The notes: generated by a model from the sequence alone, not told the origin. A stretch of DNA of 55,376 nucleotides, filler included, from Sluysia triapertura (GCA_046118255.1; 4 parts of 4 records of this genome joined end to end with filler, not necessarily neighbours in it), one strand, 5' to 3'. Shown: positions 22,969 through 37,899, counted from the whole stretch's first letter. Made by a program: numbers and translations.

Positions 22969-23775
22969 ATGTAGATGTTGAAGAACTTCCCATGACATAC
23001 GCAGTTCTTTTTGTATCACCCAAAGTTTCACTAAACCTTGTTAAATATCCATTATTATATAATAATGACAAAGATAATTTGTATAAATGGGAAGAGAGGG
23101 TAACATTTACACATAGCCCTCACACTTCAATGCTAGAAAAGAATAAGTTAATTTTCGTATCAGTGCAACTGGCACTTGATTTTAGGGAAAATTATCAAAT
23201 TATAATAACCCGCTTCATGTCTTAACATAAGCTCTTCCATTATGATGAGCTAGAATAAGGATTAGAAATTTTCTGGCAGGGGAGCACTGACTAAGGGAAG
23301 ATAAACTTATTAATGTGAAAGATATATCGGATATCAGCCAGTACTGGTTAACGGAGTTTTATGATAAAGTGCTGGTGGCATGCCTTCCCGATATTATAAT
23401 CAATATATTTAATATCCCATATGGTTGGCTAACGGGTATCGTCAACCTTACCTGTACAGATTTAGTCTCTCATGAATCGTTAAACCCCGTACTAAGTGCG
23501 CGAAAAGTTTTAAAATTATTGTCACACTTTTTTTTGCGTACAACACGCAAAAGATCTCATTTCCCTTTTTGACCTAATACAAGAAAAAGATGATTCATAA
23601 ATAAATAATGTACTTCTTCTTCCTTTATCTTTTTCTTCTTTAATCCCTTCTACTTCTACTAACACAAAAAAACATGCATGCTGCACAGACTGTTTTCATT
23701 TATCTCAGCCTATTCATTTTTTTCCCACCTAACAAGCAACATAAAGATAATAAATTAAAAAATATTACAAAAAGA

Positions 23776-24030
23776 ATGGAATCAAGGACTTCTTCAAAAG
23801 ATTCTCAAGCAAAGAACAGTTCCAAAAGCAAGAAACGAAAGCTGCATTCACCAGGTGCAGATATCGATGATGAGGATGATAACAGCGATATAACTATGAA
23901 CAAATTTAAAGTGGATAACGATGAAAAATTTGGATTCCTTGACAAAAACCTATCTGATGACGAAATTTTCACTTGTGACGATAATTTTCTAACAATTACT
24001 CTATTAAACAGTGATTTTGATCTTGAATAA
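23776..24030 (+). pseudogene. Truncated ORF resembling the disordered N-terminus of a retroelement ORF1/gag, or an orphan exon
   Basis: MESRTSSKDSQAKNSSKSKKRKLHSPGADIDDEDD: NLS-like basic patch plus acidic run, preceded by a GC-richer leader. Confidence 0.3.
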
Positions 24031-27000
24031 AGTAAAATATAATGTCATGCATTTTAAAATTAGAGACTAATTTTCAATATGGGAAAGTTATGTCAAAGGT
24101 CAAAAATCATTTTGTTCTATATTTATAATAATATATAGTGTAATTACTTTTTTAATATTATTTCATTTACACTATAGCCTGATTTCATATACACTATAGT
24201 TTGTATATATGTTATTATTTTTCTCTCTTAATTTTAATTACTATTATATTATTCACTTAAGTTTATTATGATGTTATTACTTTTTTATTTAATAATTAAA
24301 TTTTATATGTAAAATGATTGATTTAAACTTTATATAAGAATTAATTTAAATTGGAAATGAAGATTAAACTAAATTTGAAATGAATTTTTTATTTTATAAA
24401 TTTTATATTATTTATAAGAGTAAATAATTATTATTATAATTATTATTATAAAATTATTGTTATGATTTTATTATAACATTGACATTTGCGTTAAGCGATA
24501 ATTTAGTAACGCTACCATTTCTGAACCTTTAAATGTCGATGATTCTGAAATTAATGTAACTTTTGATGTAGTTGTACGTAAAAATATAACATTGATAGAA
24601 AAATTAATGGAATATTAAATAAGAACGTTTTAGTTTCGTTAAGTGGTTAGAGTTCACTACATCAAGTTCCTTATTCGAATTTATGGCAATTTTAAAAGAT
24701 GATTTGCGAAATAATTATTTACAATATTGTATGTCTTTTCCTATAAAGTCAATTTAAAAGTAAGCATTTGTAAATATCTTCTATCTATCTTCTTTTATAA
24801 TTCATCTGCTTTAGGATTCTTTGTTACAATGTATTATAAAACCAATATATTTCGTCTTAGTTATTATTATTAGTTATTCTTTTATAATGAAATTTTTTAG
24901 TCTTAAAGTAAATAATAATTATTTTATAATATTGATCACAAATAATCAAGAATTTATAAATAAATATTTATCAATAAACATCCATAAGGGTGAAACATAG
25001 GAGGGTCCAGAAATATCTATCTATCTCATTACTGATGGAAGTTCCATATTTTATAAAAACAAGCGCGTTTTCTTTGAAACTCTTCATTGTTGCTTTAACA
25101 TATGATTATATGAATTTTACGTAATTTTCTTTTTAAAATCAACCAATAAATTCTGAGCATATTTTTTATTCTATATTTATTTTATTTTATTTTTATTTTA
25201 TATTATTGCAACAATACACAAATTGGGATTTTATAAAAGAAGTGAAAATACGTTATAAAACAATGAGACAATTACGGGTTTGAAATTTTTTTCTTTTAAT
25301 AACTACGGCTTCAAAATAAAATCGTGCAATGAGATCGTATTATCACATGCTCCATGGAAGAATAAAAACTAATAATTTATTCTTTTTATATTATTTAAAA
25401 TATTAAATTTTTATTTAAAAAAATCAATAAAAATGTTTTCTAAAAATATATCGATTATTTTAATAATGAAGTTTGTATATTTATTAAATATAATTTGTAA
25501 TATTAATTATTTCAGAATTTTGACAATATTATTCACCTATTTATATCATGACTTATAATGGAAGTATTACAACACTATTTTTATACACCTTTTTATTGGT
25601 GATTATTATTGTATGCATCTTCTATATTATGTAATTAAATTTTTAGATTACTTATCTTTTATTACTTTTCTTTTATTATTGCTCTTTCGATTTTGCCTAG
25701 CCGCATTATTCAATACGATTTCTATCAGATGGAAGTGTAGCAATTAAAACATTAAAAATCAAATTCATAAAAGATTTTGAAGCACTTGGTATAATCTGTG
25801 GTTTTTCGCTATATTACATTGAATATAAATTTTTTACGGCTATCAATTTTTATTCATATGTGCAGTAAATGTAATTTATACATCATTAGTTTTAATAAAT
25901 TTTACTTATTGTGCTAAAAAGCGTATTCCGCCTTTAATAATTGATTTTAATCTTAAAGACTGGTATACTAAGTCAAGTATTTATTTTTTAATTTTTCGAT
26001 CATTAGTTAATATAAAGTCTTGTACTTTAAATTTACTTATTTTCTTGGAATTAAATTTTACGATATTTGTAAAAATCCGGCAAAATTTTACGAATTTTAA
26101 AAATTTAACTTGCTATCGAAAAATGGATTTAAATTTATGAGGCATTTGCTTAATAAAAAGTGTAAAAATGCGTGGCCGGCGATTTTAATAAAAGATGATA
26201 AAGAAAAATTAAGCACTTCCTATAATAAGACACTAATTTATACATTTTTATGTTTATAAATTTAAATGTTTATGAGTCCGTTTTTGCCAACTTTATAAAA
26301 GTACTTAATCTAGAACTAAGCCATTCTGACCATAGTATAATTAATGCAAAGCATATTCATGATTACATTATAAGGCATACTGGAATACCTCTACCTTCAA
26401 GCTCATTCTCGACGATACCTATAGTACACACTTATACTCATGTAGTGCATGTTTTATTTACATTTGCATCTGTTCACGAATTTGATGAAAGCATTTAGCA
26501 ATGTAATATATGACTTTTATTTTGTGAAACGGTATTATTTGATTATCCGATAATAAGATTAAGGGTTGTTACTTAATTGTTACAGTTTTGAGATTTTATG
26601 AATTATAGGATATTTACATGATTTACATGAAAGTTATGTAACTCCTTTCAAAATTTTTACATAAACAAACGAATCACATTCAAACTTGGCTTAAAACATT
26701 TCATTTCCAACATTTACATCAAATAAAATTTCAAAATATACTCATTAATTAATTATATTTACAACACCACAATGCCGGCATCGTACTTTGTCAGTTTAGC
26801 CGAGCTTTCGTATGATGGGCATTCATAATAATGTGATATTATAATCCATATCATATTGCGGTTGATGTATTTGCAATATATTACGCCAGTGTATATTATA
26901 TCTTGCTTTTACCACGATATTATGCAACATAATGTTTTGTTTATTATATTAATAATTATTTTATTATTGTTTTATTGTCCTATAAGTTTTAACAGTATAA

Positions 27001-27049
27001 TGTTAAAATAATATATAGTATTTATTAAATAATGATATACTCTCACGTT

Positions 27050-27170
27050 TGTTACGCTGTCGTGACAACCCCAAAAATTATAAAAATTCACGAAAGAATC
27101 CATTTTCTAGAGTAGTCTGGAAAATTCTAGAATGATAATTGTGATTAGTTGAATAACACACAATTTTGTT
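27050..27170 (+). mobile_element. Diverged relative of LTR-like repeat C
   Basis: TGTTACGCTGTCGTGACAACCCCAAAA start followed by TTCTAGA motifs. Confidence 0.35.
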
Positions 27171-27982
27171 TTTAATTTTATTTTCAAGTTTTGTATTCAT
27201 TTTCAAAAATTTTATTCTTAATTAAAGAATTAGACATAGTAAATTACTTTTTTATTAGGATCCTTTTGTTTTTAGGAGACGAAACAATAAAATCTTTTTA
27301 ATCGAATGAATAAGGGAAAAATTTTGTATTTAAAATCTCAATAAGTTTAATTTTAAAATCTAATTGTAATTTTCTTATTCTTTTGTATCTTGATTTAAAC
27401 GCTGCCATCTTTATATTATTTGATAATATAATTAATTAAAAGAATTTTAAAATAGCAAGATTTGAATTCTCGTTACTTATTCAAAATTTAAGCACAACAG
27501 CTGAAGAATGAGTGATCTACAGTCAATCTTTGCAGTAAGAATTGTCACTTATAATTACACCTTCGTATTATTATAACTAGACCTTGCTGAAAATTATTTT
27601 GCCTTAAGGTTTAATGTTCTAATAATATATAATAATGAATTTATTGGATAATGAATTTAATATTGAAATTTTTTATTGGCTTATTAAAAATAAAAAATAT
27701 ATTTTGTAATTATTTTTCAAAATGCTAAAGTAACTTTAAGAACAGCAATTTATTTATTTATTATGTTTAACAATTAACTTAACGTAAAGTCTACTTAATG
27801 AGGCTTTAAAATTTTCTTTGTCTTTAATGTCCCGGAGGCAACTAAGACAATACTTTTTAATGTTGTTAAATGGTTTACTAAATACAATTAATGTTACTTT
27901 GTCGCATTTCATCCTTTTGTAAAAATATATATCCGCAGTTTTTAGATATTTCTAAATGAATAATTCTTTGTCATTTTTAAAT

Positions 27983-27983
27983 G

Positions 27984-28052
<69 letters not shown>
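27983..28052. repeat. (ATT)n microsatellite
   Basis: Direct reading. Confidence 0.95.
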
Positions 28053-29324
28053 TTATAATCATTATTGTAATTTTTGTAGTTGATTTAAAATTTACTATTT
28101 TATTATTCACATTAATTTTTTATAAATTTTAAATTTATTCAATTTATACAAATTAAATTTTGTTTGTTCTAGTAACATGAAAAAAGGATTTTGCTATAAC
28201 ATTGCAAATTTACTAATTAAATCTATTTTTAACCTTTATACGTAATTATTAAATTAATCTTTGTTTAAATATTAAATTAATTAAACAAAACAGTATTATT
28301 ATATAATTTTTTAATTATATTTTAGTGTAGAATTAAATTAAAATAAAAAATAAACGTTTTTTTCATAAAAGTATTTTTTTTCACAGCTTTTATAATGACA
28401 TTAAAAACGGTGAAATAAAAATTAGAATAAAATTATAAAATTTGTAATTTATGATGAATTATTAAAATATGTTAGTATTTATTATTTTTATTAACTTTTA
28501 CATTTTACATTTGGGTGACTGCAAAGAGTTTTTTAATTATTAAAAAATGCCAAATATACAAAAATCAAGAAATAACAGTAATGTACACATATGCGTGAAG
28601 TAATTTTGTAATAAAAAGCAAAATATTAAAAAAATACTTTAATAATAATAAAAATAATATTAATAGTCATTAAAGTAGTATAGTATAACCAAATTCATTT
28701 AAAAGATTACTGCAACATAACGATAATATAATGAAACAATTAAGTAATAATAAAGCATTTAAATATTAACGCATAAACATCACATGTTCTTAACACTGAT
28801 AATTTTTTTAATAATTAATTATTTATTCAATTTTAATTTTAAAAAATTATTATTTATCTATGTTAGTGTGTAATTTATAGTTAATTTTTATTTTATTGTT
28901 AATAATTTTTACATCATCAAATTTATATGGTTAAGAATTACTGACTCCATAGCTTACATTATTAATTTGCTTATGAAATTTTTATGTTAACTTATCACCC
29001 TTTTAAAAATATTTTATACTTATTTGGATTCATATTTTTATTGGTAAGTTTAATATTTTTAATATAGGTTTATTCTTCTTGACGCATAAATTTTAAATCC
29101 TTTATTTAATTGTTCTGTTCGATTTAATGAATGCTAAAATGTCTTTTAAAATTCATTAATATATTAACTGCCACAATTTGCATATGACACACCAATTGAC
29201 ACGAAGAATGATTCAGGTGCGTTGGACAGTTTAATTTCATTATGAGTAATTTGAATAAAATTATATTGTTGCACAATTTTTTGTGAATTTATATAACTTT
29301 TTCCGTCACAAATTCAATCTCTAA

Positions 29325-29370
29325 CATAATACTAATACTAATACTGGTACAACTACTACTACTACTACTG

Positions 29371-29423
<53 letters not shown>
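29325..29423. repeat. (ACT)n(AAT)n compound microsatellite
   Basis: Direct reading. Confidence 0.9.
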
Positions 29424-29467
29424 TACTATTTATGTATATAATAAAATTTGAATAATATTTTATGAAT

Positions 29468-29567
29468 NNNNNNNNNNNNNNNNNNNNNNNNNNNNNNNNN
29501 NNNNNNNNNNNTTAATTAATTAANNNNNNNNNNNNNNNNNNNNNNNNNNNNNNNNNNNNNNNNNNNN
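29468..29567. other. Scaffold gap with linker
   Basis: N block with TTAATTAATTAA. Confidence 0.97.
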
Positions 29568-30925
29568 ATCGAACCAAAGTATTAATCAGCCAAATATATC
29601 AAACCAATTATCAAATTTTAAATTGAACCAAATATATCCAAACAATCAATTAATAATTTCTTAAAAATTCCTTCGTTAATTTGTGCTTCTAAATTCACCT
29701 TTTAATCTGAGTACTTCGCGTCTATAATTTGTTATACATGTAATTAATATTTTCAGACCTTTATATACTTTTTTGTTTGCTGGCTAACTTCCTTTAAATA
29801 TTTTTAGAAATAATTAATTTGATGACTGATAATATTTTAAAAAAAAGGTTGAAGATACATTTGACAAAGATATTCATACTAAACATTCAAAACATTTTGA
29901 TTATTAAATTATTATTTTAATGAATATTCAAAACTTTTGATTATTCACAAACAATTGTCAACAAGAAATATTTAAATAGAATTTTTAGAATTTGAATTAT
30001 TAAAACTTCAAATAATTAGCATATTGTGATTTGTTATGATAATAGTTTAGCTTAGCTTTTCCCATTTTACTTAGTCATGCCTTAATTAATACTGTATTTT
30101 GTGTAATTGGTAGTACAATAGCTCAAAAAGTAATGAAATTGTATCCTAATAATGAGACACCTGCAAATGATGAAACCGGTGAATTTTGCAATATTTCTAA
30201 ACTTTTTAATGCTGCTGCAATAAAAATTACGTTTCAAAAAATGTTGCAAGGTTATTTACCCTATTTAAATCATGTATTATTATTTTCATGACGGTTGCTA
30301 AACGTTTGGCAATGGGATTGGGTGACGTAAAGAATGCAAGCCTCAATACAATAACAAAAGCGGATCCTTCAAATTTGTTTGTCTGGGATGCAAACCTTTT
30401 TTGATAAATACATTTTCACTGTCCGAATTCAATTTTCCGAAAGTCATCCTTTTAAGCTGCCAACAATTAAAATGATGTAAAAGATATGGTTACTGCTGAA
30501 TTAGAAGATGAAAACTGAATCGCAAAAGACTATGTTAATGAGGATGATTTAGTATTATTAAATATGATATTTATGATGGTACTGAAAGAGATCTAAGTTG
30601 TAATTTGTTGAGAAGTAAAGACGACAAGTGCAAACAATGAAATCAATATTTGAAATAGATAGATAATATTTGGGAAAGTGTGAGTGTGGAGTAGAATATG
30701 AGAATTACAGTGTCTCAAAAATTAACATGTCTTGAACATCTGGAAAAAAACTCGATAATGAATTATTTGATAGAATTCAGATGGAAAGTAAATTTGATTT
30801 GTCAAGGATAAAATATTATACATTTTGATAATTTATTTTGTCCATCGATATTATAAAATAAATGAAAGTTTTGTAAAAGTGTTTATACGTCATATTTATA
30901 TTTTTACTCTACGCAATTAATCCAG

Positions 30926-30998
30926 TGAAGACCAAGAGTCAACTGAAATGTTAGTGGGTAATGCACAAAACCTAATGCAGAATGTAATTGAAACAGTA
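30926..30998 (+). pseudogene. Isolated vinculin tail-domain exon fragment
   Basis: After a CCAG acceptor it reads EDQESTEMLVGNAQNLMQNVIETV, closely matching the vinculin tail helix 5 pattern EQATEMLVxNAQNLMQSVKETV. No other vinculin exons were recognised. Confidence 0.75.
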
Positions 30999-31265
30999 TC
31001 TCGTCGACCAAGTATACCAGTAGCTTCAGGATTAACACATACTTCTTTGTATCAGACTCGTAATCGGCAACAGGCGCCAATACAAAATATGGATATATGT
31101 ATGACTACACAACTATTGGTGGTTGTGCTGCGGCTGGTACTTTTGATTCGGATTGGATTCGATTTAGAAATAAGTAACTAATTTTAATTGCTTGAACAGA
31201 TTATGTGATAAAAGACATACATTAACACAAAGCATTCAGTTTTTGATTTTCGTTTTGAAGTATTA

Positions 31266-31710
31266 TGTTAGGTTGTCATCAAAACCCTACAAAATAAATT
31301 TAAGATGTCATAATGACACATTAAAGTTATTTAAAACTATTTAAAATCAGGAAAAATTATTTAACATCATAAAAAATATTCTAAAATCATTTAAAATTAA
31401 TTAAAAAACAATTATTTTCTGAAAGAGATCTATTTTCTACAAAAATTTTTTCTACAAAAGAAACTTAGCTTCTATAAATAGCATAGAAGTTTCTAGAATG
31501 TTCTAGAATATTCTAAAACATTCCATCGATTCTCATTGGATGATGATTAGTATATGAACTAGCATCAATACAATGAAAATCGCCGTTTAAAAAATTAGCC
31601 ATTTGGAATATTATCAGTAGCCATTTTGTAAGGGCCCGTTTGGAAAGATTATCCGTTGTATATCAAGTCATTCGCTGAAAAGGAGAAATTCATTCGCATT
31701 CGTAACAAAC
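31266..31710 (+). mobile_element. LTR-like repeat C copy 2, possibly a solo LTR (3' limit uncertain)
   Basis: TGTTAGGTTGTCATCA start, TTCTAGAA repeats, candidate TAACA end near 31709. Confidence 0.5.
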
Positions 31711-33179
31711 AGTTAATGTCGTTCAATCTACATTAGTCACAGCATATTGAGAAGATTTATCATTGGATTTTGATCGACTATATTACATGCAAAAAGTAAT
31801 TTGTTTTTATTAGGATTGGTATTAGTTTTGCTTAAAGAAACTAATATCGTAATCTAGACTTAAAATCAAATACTGATAATTTTAAGGTTCCCCGATATAT
31901 TGAGGGGTAAAATCCACTGTAAATTAGTAATCAATTTTATTAAATACTCAAAAGAGTTTTAATATTAAACTTTGGAATAATTTTTTAATTCTTGTTTCTG
32001 TCATATCTTAATATAATTTAGTTATTGTACATTTTTATTTAATTGTTGTTTGAAATACAAATTTTGTTAGACGAGTGTGAATTTAATAGACCGTTCAGTT
32101 ACAAGAGTATAAATTTAATTTACTGTGTTTAGTTTAACTTATTTTGTTACAGAGGTGTCTTCTTTACGTCGTAAGATGCTTAGTATAACTTAACCCTGCT
32201 CAATTTTCTATTTTGCCGTAGGTTTTAGATTTAAATATTAATAAAAACGACAGCAATTTTTTTATAGCTCTTCACTCGAATTTAGGATTTCGTAAAAATT
32301 TTGTAAAACAGTGCAATATTTATTTTGTTTCATACTGAATTGTGAAATATTTTATTACATCTTGTTTTTCCATTGATAAACATTTTTCTTGTATTTTGTA
32401 ATTTGTTTTGATAATGCTTGAAATTGTACATTATTATTGTTATTAATATTAATCTATTTTAGACCGATACAATTAAATATGTTTATAATTTATTTTTAAT
32501 AGTTGCGTCGGAATATTTGTTCACTCTTTGTTAACTAATAAATTTTACTTTATTGGAATTGACACAATATTTAACAGAAATATGTATAATTTAGTGTAGT
32601 CTGTATCAATTTTATACAACTTAGTACATTATGTATTTTAAAATAGATACCTGAAGTATTAATATCGTGTAAAGTAGAATATCATAAAATATTTAAAAGT
32701 AAATTTAATTTTGTTGTAACAATTGGTATGTGACTGTATAACTTTATTCGAAATAAGTAACATGAAAGGATCAATATTCAATGTTTGGAAATTCAATTTT
32801 TTTATAATTCTTAAGATAAGTAATTGAAAATTATATAAAAGTGTAGTTATATCAAAAATAATTTAGTTTAGAGTAGCTGTGTAATTCTTGATGATTTTTC
32901 AAGATAAAGTAATAGTGTAACTTCTCGTAAGCTTCAATTAAATAAATTAAAACAATTAATTGTGATATGAGTTGTATACGGCAATATATAAACTGTAAGA
33001 TAATTTCATGGAAGTTAAAAAATCAAATAAAATCTTTAAAAAATTGAGCATCTATTTTTCTTTTAAAACGTTTTTCAAAGTTTAAACATTTCTTTCAAGT
33101 TTAAAATAAAAATAATCATAAAACACTAAGATATATTATAAAACGAAAATTAAACACACTAAAATATAAATAATTAACG

Positions 33180-33583
33180 TCTAAATTCTTCTCGAAATAA
33201 TCTCGTGGGCCTTATAGTAAGCATTATTTACTACGAAGAGGAACTCCTTCACTGTACCACTTAATTTTCGGCCCTTGTAGCTTATTTCGACTTTATTTGT
33301 GATGTGTGCCTTTTGTTGACCATCCGAGCCAACATATAAATTGTCGTATTTTTTTCGACCTCCATGGCCATTGTCTGTCCATGGTATTGAATTTTTTGCC
33401 TATATGGATGATGGTCCTTTTCCGGAATCTCTTTACTTTTTGCTCAACTGGAATGTGAGGAAGATTTCTCAGAATAAGTTCTGCCATATCTGCACTTCTG
33501 CAGTGCTCTTTTAATTCTTTAAGAATCTTGACTTGCTTTCCTTCGTCCTTACATAGAATTAATATGCATAGAAAAATATGCAT
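33180..33583 (-). pseudogene. Frameshifted coding-like remnant of unknown family
   Basis: Locally higher GC; ORF 33293-33583 overlaps a second open frame (NGHGGRKKYDNLYVGSDGQQKAHITNKVEISYKGRKLSG...). Confidence 0.3.
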
Positions 33584-35859
33584 AAATTTCTTATATTATA
33601 AAAATATGTGAATATGTATCTGTGCATAAGTAAATATAAAGTTTATGCCTAATAAACGATCATAGAAACCTACAAGATAAGTATCTGAGTATAATAGAAA
33701 ACAAAGAAAAAATGAAAAGAAAATAGAAATATTGGGAAATTATATATTAAGGTAAGTTAAATTTTATCCACCAGATCATTTACCTCCATTGGAAGTTGCT
33801 GAATGAATGACTATAGTCAAAAACGGCAGCTTTATGTAGTAAATAAAACCCATTAACTTAATTGAAGGGAAGTAATGTGATAAGTTTGGAGCTAAATTAA
33901 TCCAAAATCTGAAATTTAAAATTGATAAAATTTAATTGCACAAGATAACGCATCGTCAAATATACAAGTGTCTTGTCCATTTGTAAGTAAAAACATTGGA
34001 CACTCCAACTCCTAGAAAATCGATTAAATCATTGTACATAATAATCTGGAAACAATTATGATCATTACATAAATGGAGTCATTAGTGGAAATATTGACTA
34101 TCTCTTAATTAACAAGTTAAAATTTTAATTAATATTTTATAATTTCGTTCTTATATACGCATAAACTCTACAAATTAATAAAATTAAAAATATAATTCAA
34201 CTGACCCTATTAAATGCTCTGTAAACTGTATGTAAATATAGGTTCCAGGACGTGCGTAGAATCGTTAAGATTCAACTTAAATGTTGCCTTCCAGCGTTTC
34301 TTTGATTATTATCAAACACTGTGGCAAATGAGGCAATAACTGATTTTAATAAGTAAAAAATTCTATTCATTTCTTTCTTTTGTGTTGTATAAATTTACTA
34401 AAAACCGATTGAAATTCTTGTTTTATCATCTTTAATTTCTTTTCCTTGTTTTTCTGTGTATTGATAGGTAATTGTTTATAGTCATTGAGGACAAAGATTT
34501 CTTGGAAAAAGTAGATATGGTGTAATTTGTGAAGGATAAAGGCATATGTAAGGGTCAAGACTCAGGATAACAGAATAAGTTCAACATTATTAAAAAATTA
34601 AGATTAGGTAATATGATAAACTGTGATGGTAAAATAAGTAAAAAATACTTATATCAAGATAAAATAATGAGAAATACGAAAAAATAACCCGTTGCAGGGT
34701 TTTATTTCTTAAGAAATTAAAGTACATTTGTTAATTAATTTAATTAAAACTTGTTTAATTTGATAACTCAATTCAAATGTTTGCTTATTATAAAATGATA
34801 TTGGATTTAGTGTAATATTGAGTTTTATTAGTGTTTTTAATGATGAAGTATTGCGAAGAACGTCAACGAAGATAACGTAAAAATGAGTTATTTTAATTAA
34901 TTTTTATAATTTAAAATTATAAGTATTAATAAAGTATATATAAAATTGATGCTTATAGAGAGATCGATTCAAATATGCTATTGAACTTGACGTGCAAAGT
35001 ACGGTTGATGCACAATGTATTAATGCAGAATACTCCTGTGAGAAATAAATTTATTGTTTCATTAATTTTATTGTTAAATTAAGTTGAAAAATTACGTTAT
35101 TATTATAAAAGCAACGTAACAATGATTTTAAATTTTAATTAGGTGATATTAAGAAGATAAGAGGATTGTTTACCACAAATCCCATTATCTTTAGATAATT
35201 GAAATGATAATGAAGTTGAACATAAACGAAAATGGATTTCGACATTTAATTGGCGAAATTAGTCAGTTTATTACCGACTAAAAGAAAATCGGCAGCTTTA
35301 ATTTCCGTCTTTTTCTATTTCTGAATTTTGGTTTCACTTATTGTCATAAAACTGCTATATAAGTAGTTACATTTCTGCAATTAAAACAGAAGTAAAAACG
35401 ACAATAGGATAGAGTCAAGATAAATCAAACAGGCAAACTTTTTAACTTTAGGGAAGCTACTTTAGTTCATCGGTGGATAACGGTGAAACTAAAGTCATTT
35501 CTTTAGCAATTGCTTAAAATAATCCATTTTCTTTTTAGGACAAGGTTTAGTAATATATTTCTTATTGTTAATATTTTACATTAATGCGGGTACTAATATT
35601 TAAATAAGTTGTGTCATCCTCTTATAATTTGTCTTTAAAGAATAATTTGTATTGTCATAATTTATATATATATATATATATTCTTGTGATAATATAACGA
35701 ATATATTGAGATTTTGAATTAATTTAGTTGTTGAGTTTTAATTTAATCATTTGTGAAAATAAAAGCATTAAAGACACAACAAATATTTCGTAATTTACAA
35801 ATGATTATACAATATTTTAATTGGCACTTTTAGACTACTTAATATTGAAAGACGTACTT

Positions 35860-35863
35860 ATTA

Positions 35864-35913
<50 letters not shown>
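35860..35913. repeat. (ATT)n microsatellite
   Basis: Direct reading. Confidence 0.95.
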
Positions 35914-35916
<3 letters not shown>

Positions 35917-36092
35917 TACGACGAACTAATAATATAACGTTTAAGTAATGACAATTATTATTCCCAGCCTGGCTATTTACATTTATAAATATGTTATTAA
36001 ATTTTAATTATATGTAATTTATATTCATTTTTATTTTAATATATTTTTTCTCTGTTAAAATGCTTTTGATATAACATTTTTTCTGTTATATG

Positions 36093-36510
36093 CAATCTTT
36101 AGTTTAAGTTGATTTTAATCGAAAATAATGTTATTAATTTTTAATTACACACTACTTTTATTCAATCTCAATTTAATAAAATTTTAACTCTCATATTAGA
36201 ATGATTTTTATATTATTAAAATTTAATATTATATTGTCTTTATAAAATCTCATTTTAAAATGACAATTTGTTTAATTTTAATTTAAATAGTTGCTATTTG
36301 TTATTAAATTTTTAATTTATATTAATCTATTAAATCTCATTTTAAATACATATAAAGCATTATAATCTTAATTTTATTTTTGTAATAATTGTATTTTAAA
36401 TAAATTTAAATTAAATGAATTTTAGATTTGATTTAAAACTTTGAAAATTTAAAATAAATTAAAAATGAATTTTAGATTTGACAAATTAAAAATGAAAACT
36501 TTGAAAAATA
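36093..36510 (+). repeat. AT-rich dispersed repeat D copy 1
   Basis: Collinear with 46714-47070, e.g. TTTTAATCGAAAATAATGTTA, TTTATTCAATCTCA, AAATTTAAATTAAATGAATTTTAGA. Confidence 0.8.
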
Positions 36511-37899
36511 AATATTATAAATGAATATTGTCATATTATTATATTTTTTGCAATTATTATTATTATTATTATTGTTATTATTATTATTTTCAATATAATA
36601 ACAATAAACAATTTAATAAGTACTTAAGGGACGTAGTCACTTAAGATTTTAACCTAGCCGTTTTACGGTCTAGAAAATTTAGATAATTTTAAGTTGATTT
36701 TAATTTTTCTGTTCTTAAAATCAGAACTTAAAAGCCTATAGCAAATAATTTTACCTGTTCATGGATATTCTTGATCAGCTAAATACCTACTAAAAATTGC
36801 TAGCTCAAATTGAAAACTGAGTTTGCTAAAATTTCTTCCTTTATTTATATGATTATCTTATCAGACATTTTTTCTTTATAATTATAAATTTATAAAAACT
36901 TACCTTTTCTTTATATTATCTATTTAAATAATTTATTTAAACAAAATTACTTTTTTCTTTTAAAAATAATTTTAATTTTATTTTGTAATTTCTTTTAAAA
37001 TTTGATAATTTAATTTCAAATAAAATTTAATTTCAGTTTTTTATTTAAATTCTGAAGTACAATATTAAATAATATTTAATAAAATATAACGTACAATTAT
37101 AAAAATATATAAAAATCACTTATACAATTCACTTCACTCGATCACAACAGAAAGTTAATTCAAAAATTAACTATTAGATTTAAGAATCAAGTTTTGTTTT
37201 CTAGTTACCATAATATAAATTCATCTTGTTGGACTCATACAATGCAAAATAAGACTAAAACATTGGCTCTCTAATATCAAAGCTATTTGTTTTGTAATCT
37301 ACTGGAGATTCCGTAGTTCGATCGAACCACTGAATTTTTGATGATGGATGATTGATTCGTATATTGTACCAACAATGTAGGTTGAATAAAATTGTTTCTT
37401 ACTCAATCGATTATGTATATGATGCCTTGAAGATTGATGCATAATTGGAATAAACATTCGGTTATACCATACCCCTTTTTGATATTCAGATTTAAGTGAA
37501 CCCAATCAGTTGTGCACTCAACAAATTTGCTTTAATAACACATTCCTATTTTTAGAAAACAAAACTAATCTTTAGCACAAGTTCCGTTATTTTGACTATT
37601 AACTACATTTATAAGTAAACTTGATATGAATAATGTACTTTGTAAAGGTGTAAAACTTTCGATTTTATTTTTATTTTTATTTTTACTTTTATTTTATTTA
37701 CTTTATTTATAAGAAGTTGTAAAAATTATAAAATTATATAAAAATTAAAATTTTTATTATTAAAAAAATATTATCTAAATTATATTAAAATTAAAATTGT
37801 TAATCAATTATTTTAAAATATTACAAAAAAGAAGCTTTTAGAAATAAAAATGTTTATTTAAATAAAATTTTAAAAGATGTCTTTATGAGTATATAAAAA

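Noticed and set aside
23240-23270. Hammerhead ribozyme at ATGATGAG...TAGAAA
   Set aside because: Lacks CTGANGA and a stem II closing onto GAAA; stems I and III could not be built.
33340-33380. GHGGR as an integrase HHCC motif
   Set aside because: No upstream His in frame, and no downstream CxxC or DDE core.
36624-36830. Kolobok/TTAA-type MITE ends (also near 25954 and 43471)
   Set aside because: Only one putative end was visible in each case; no paired TIR or TSD found.
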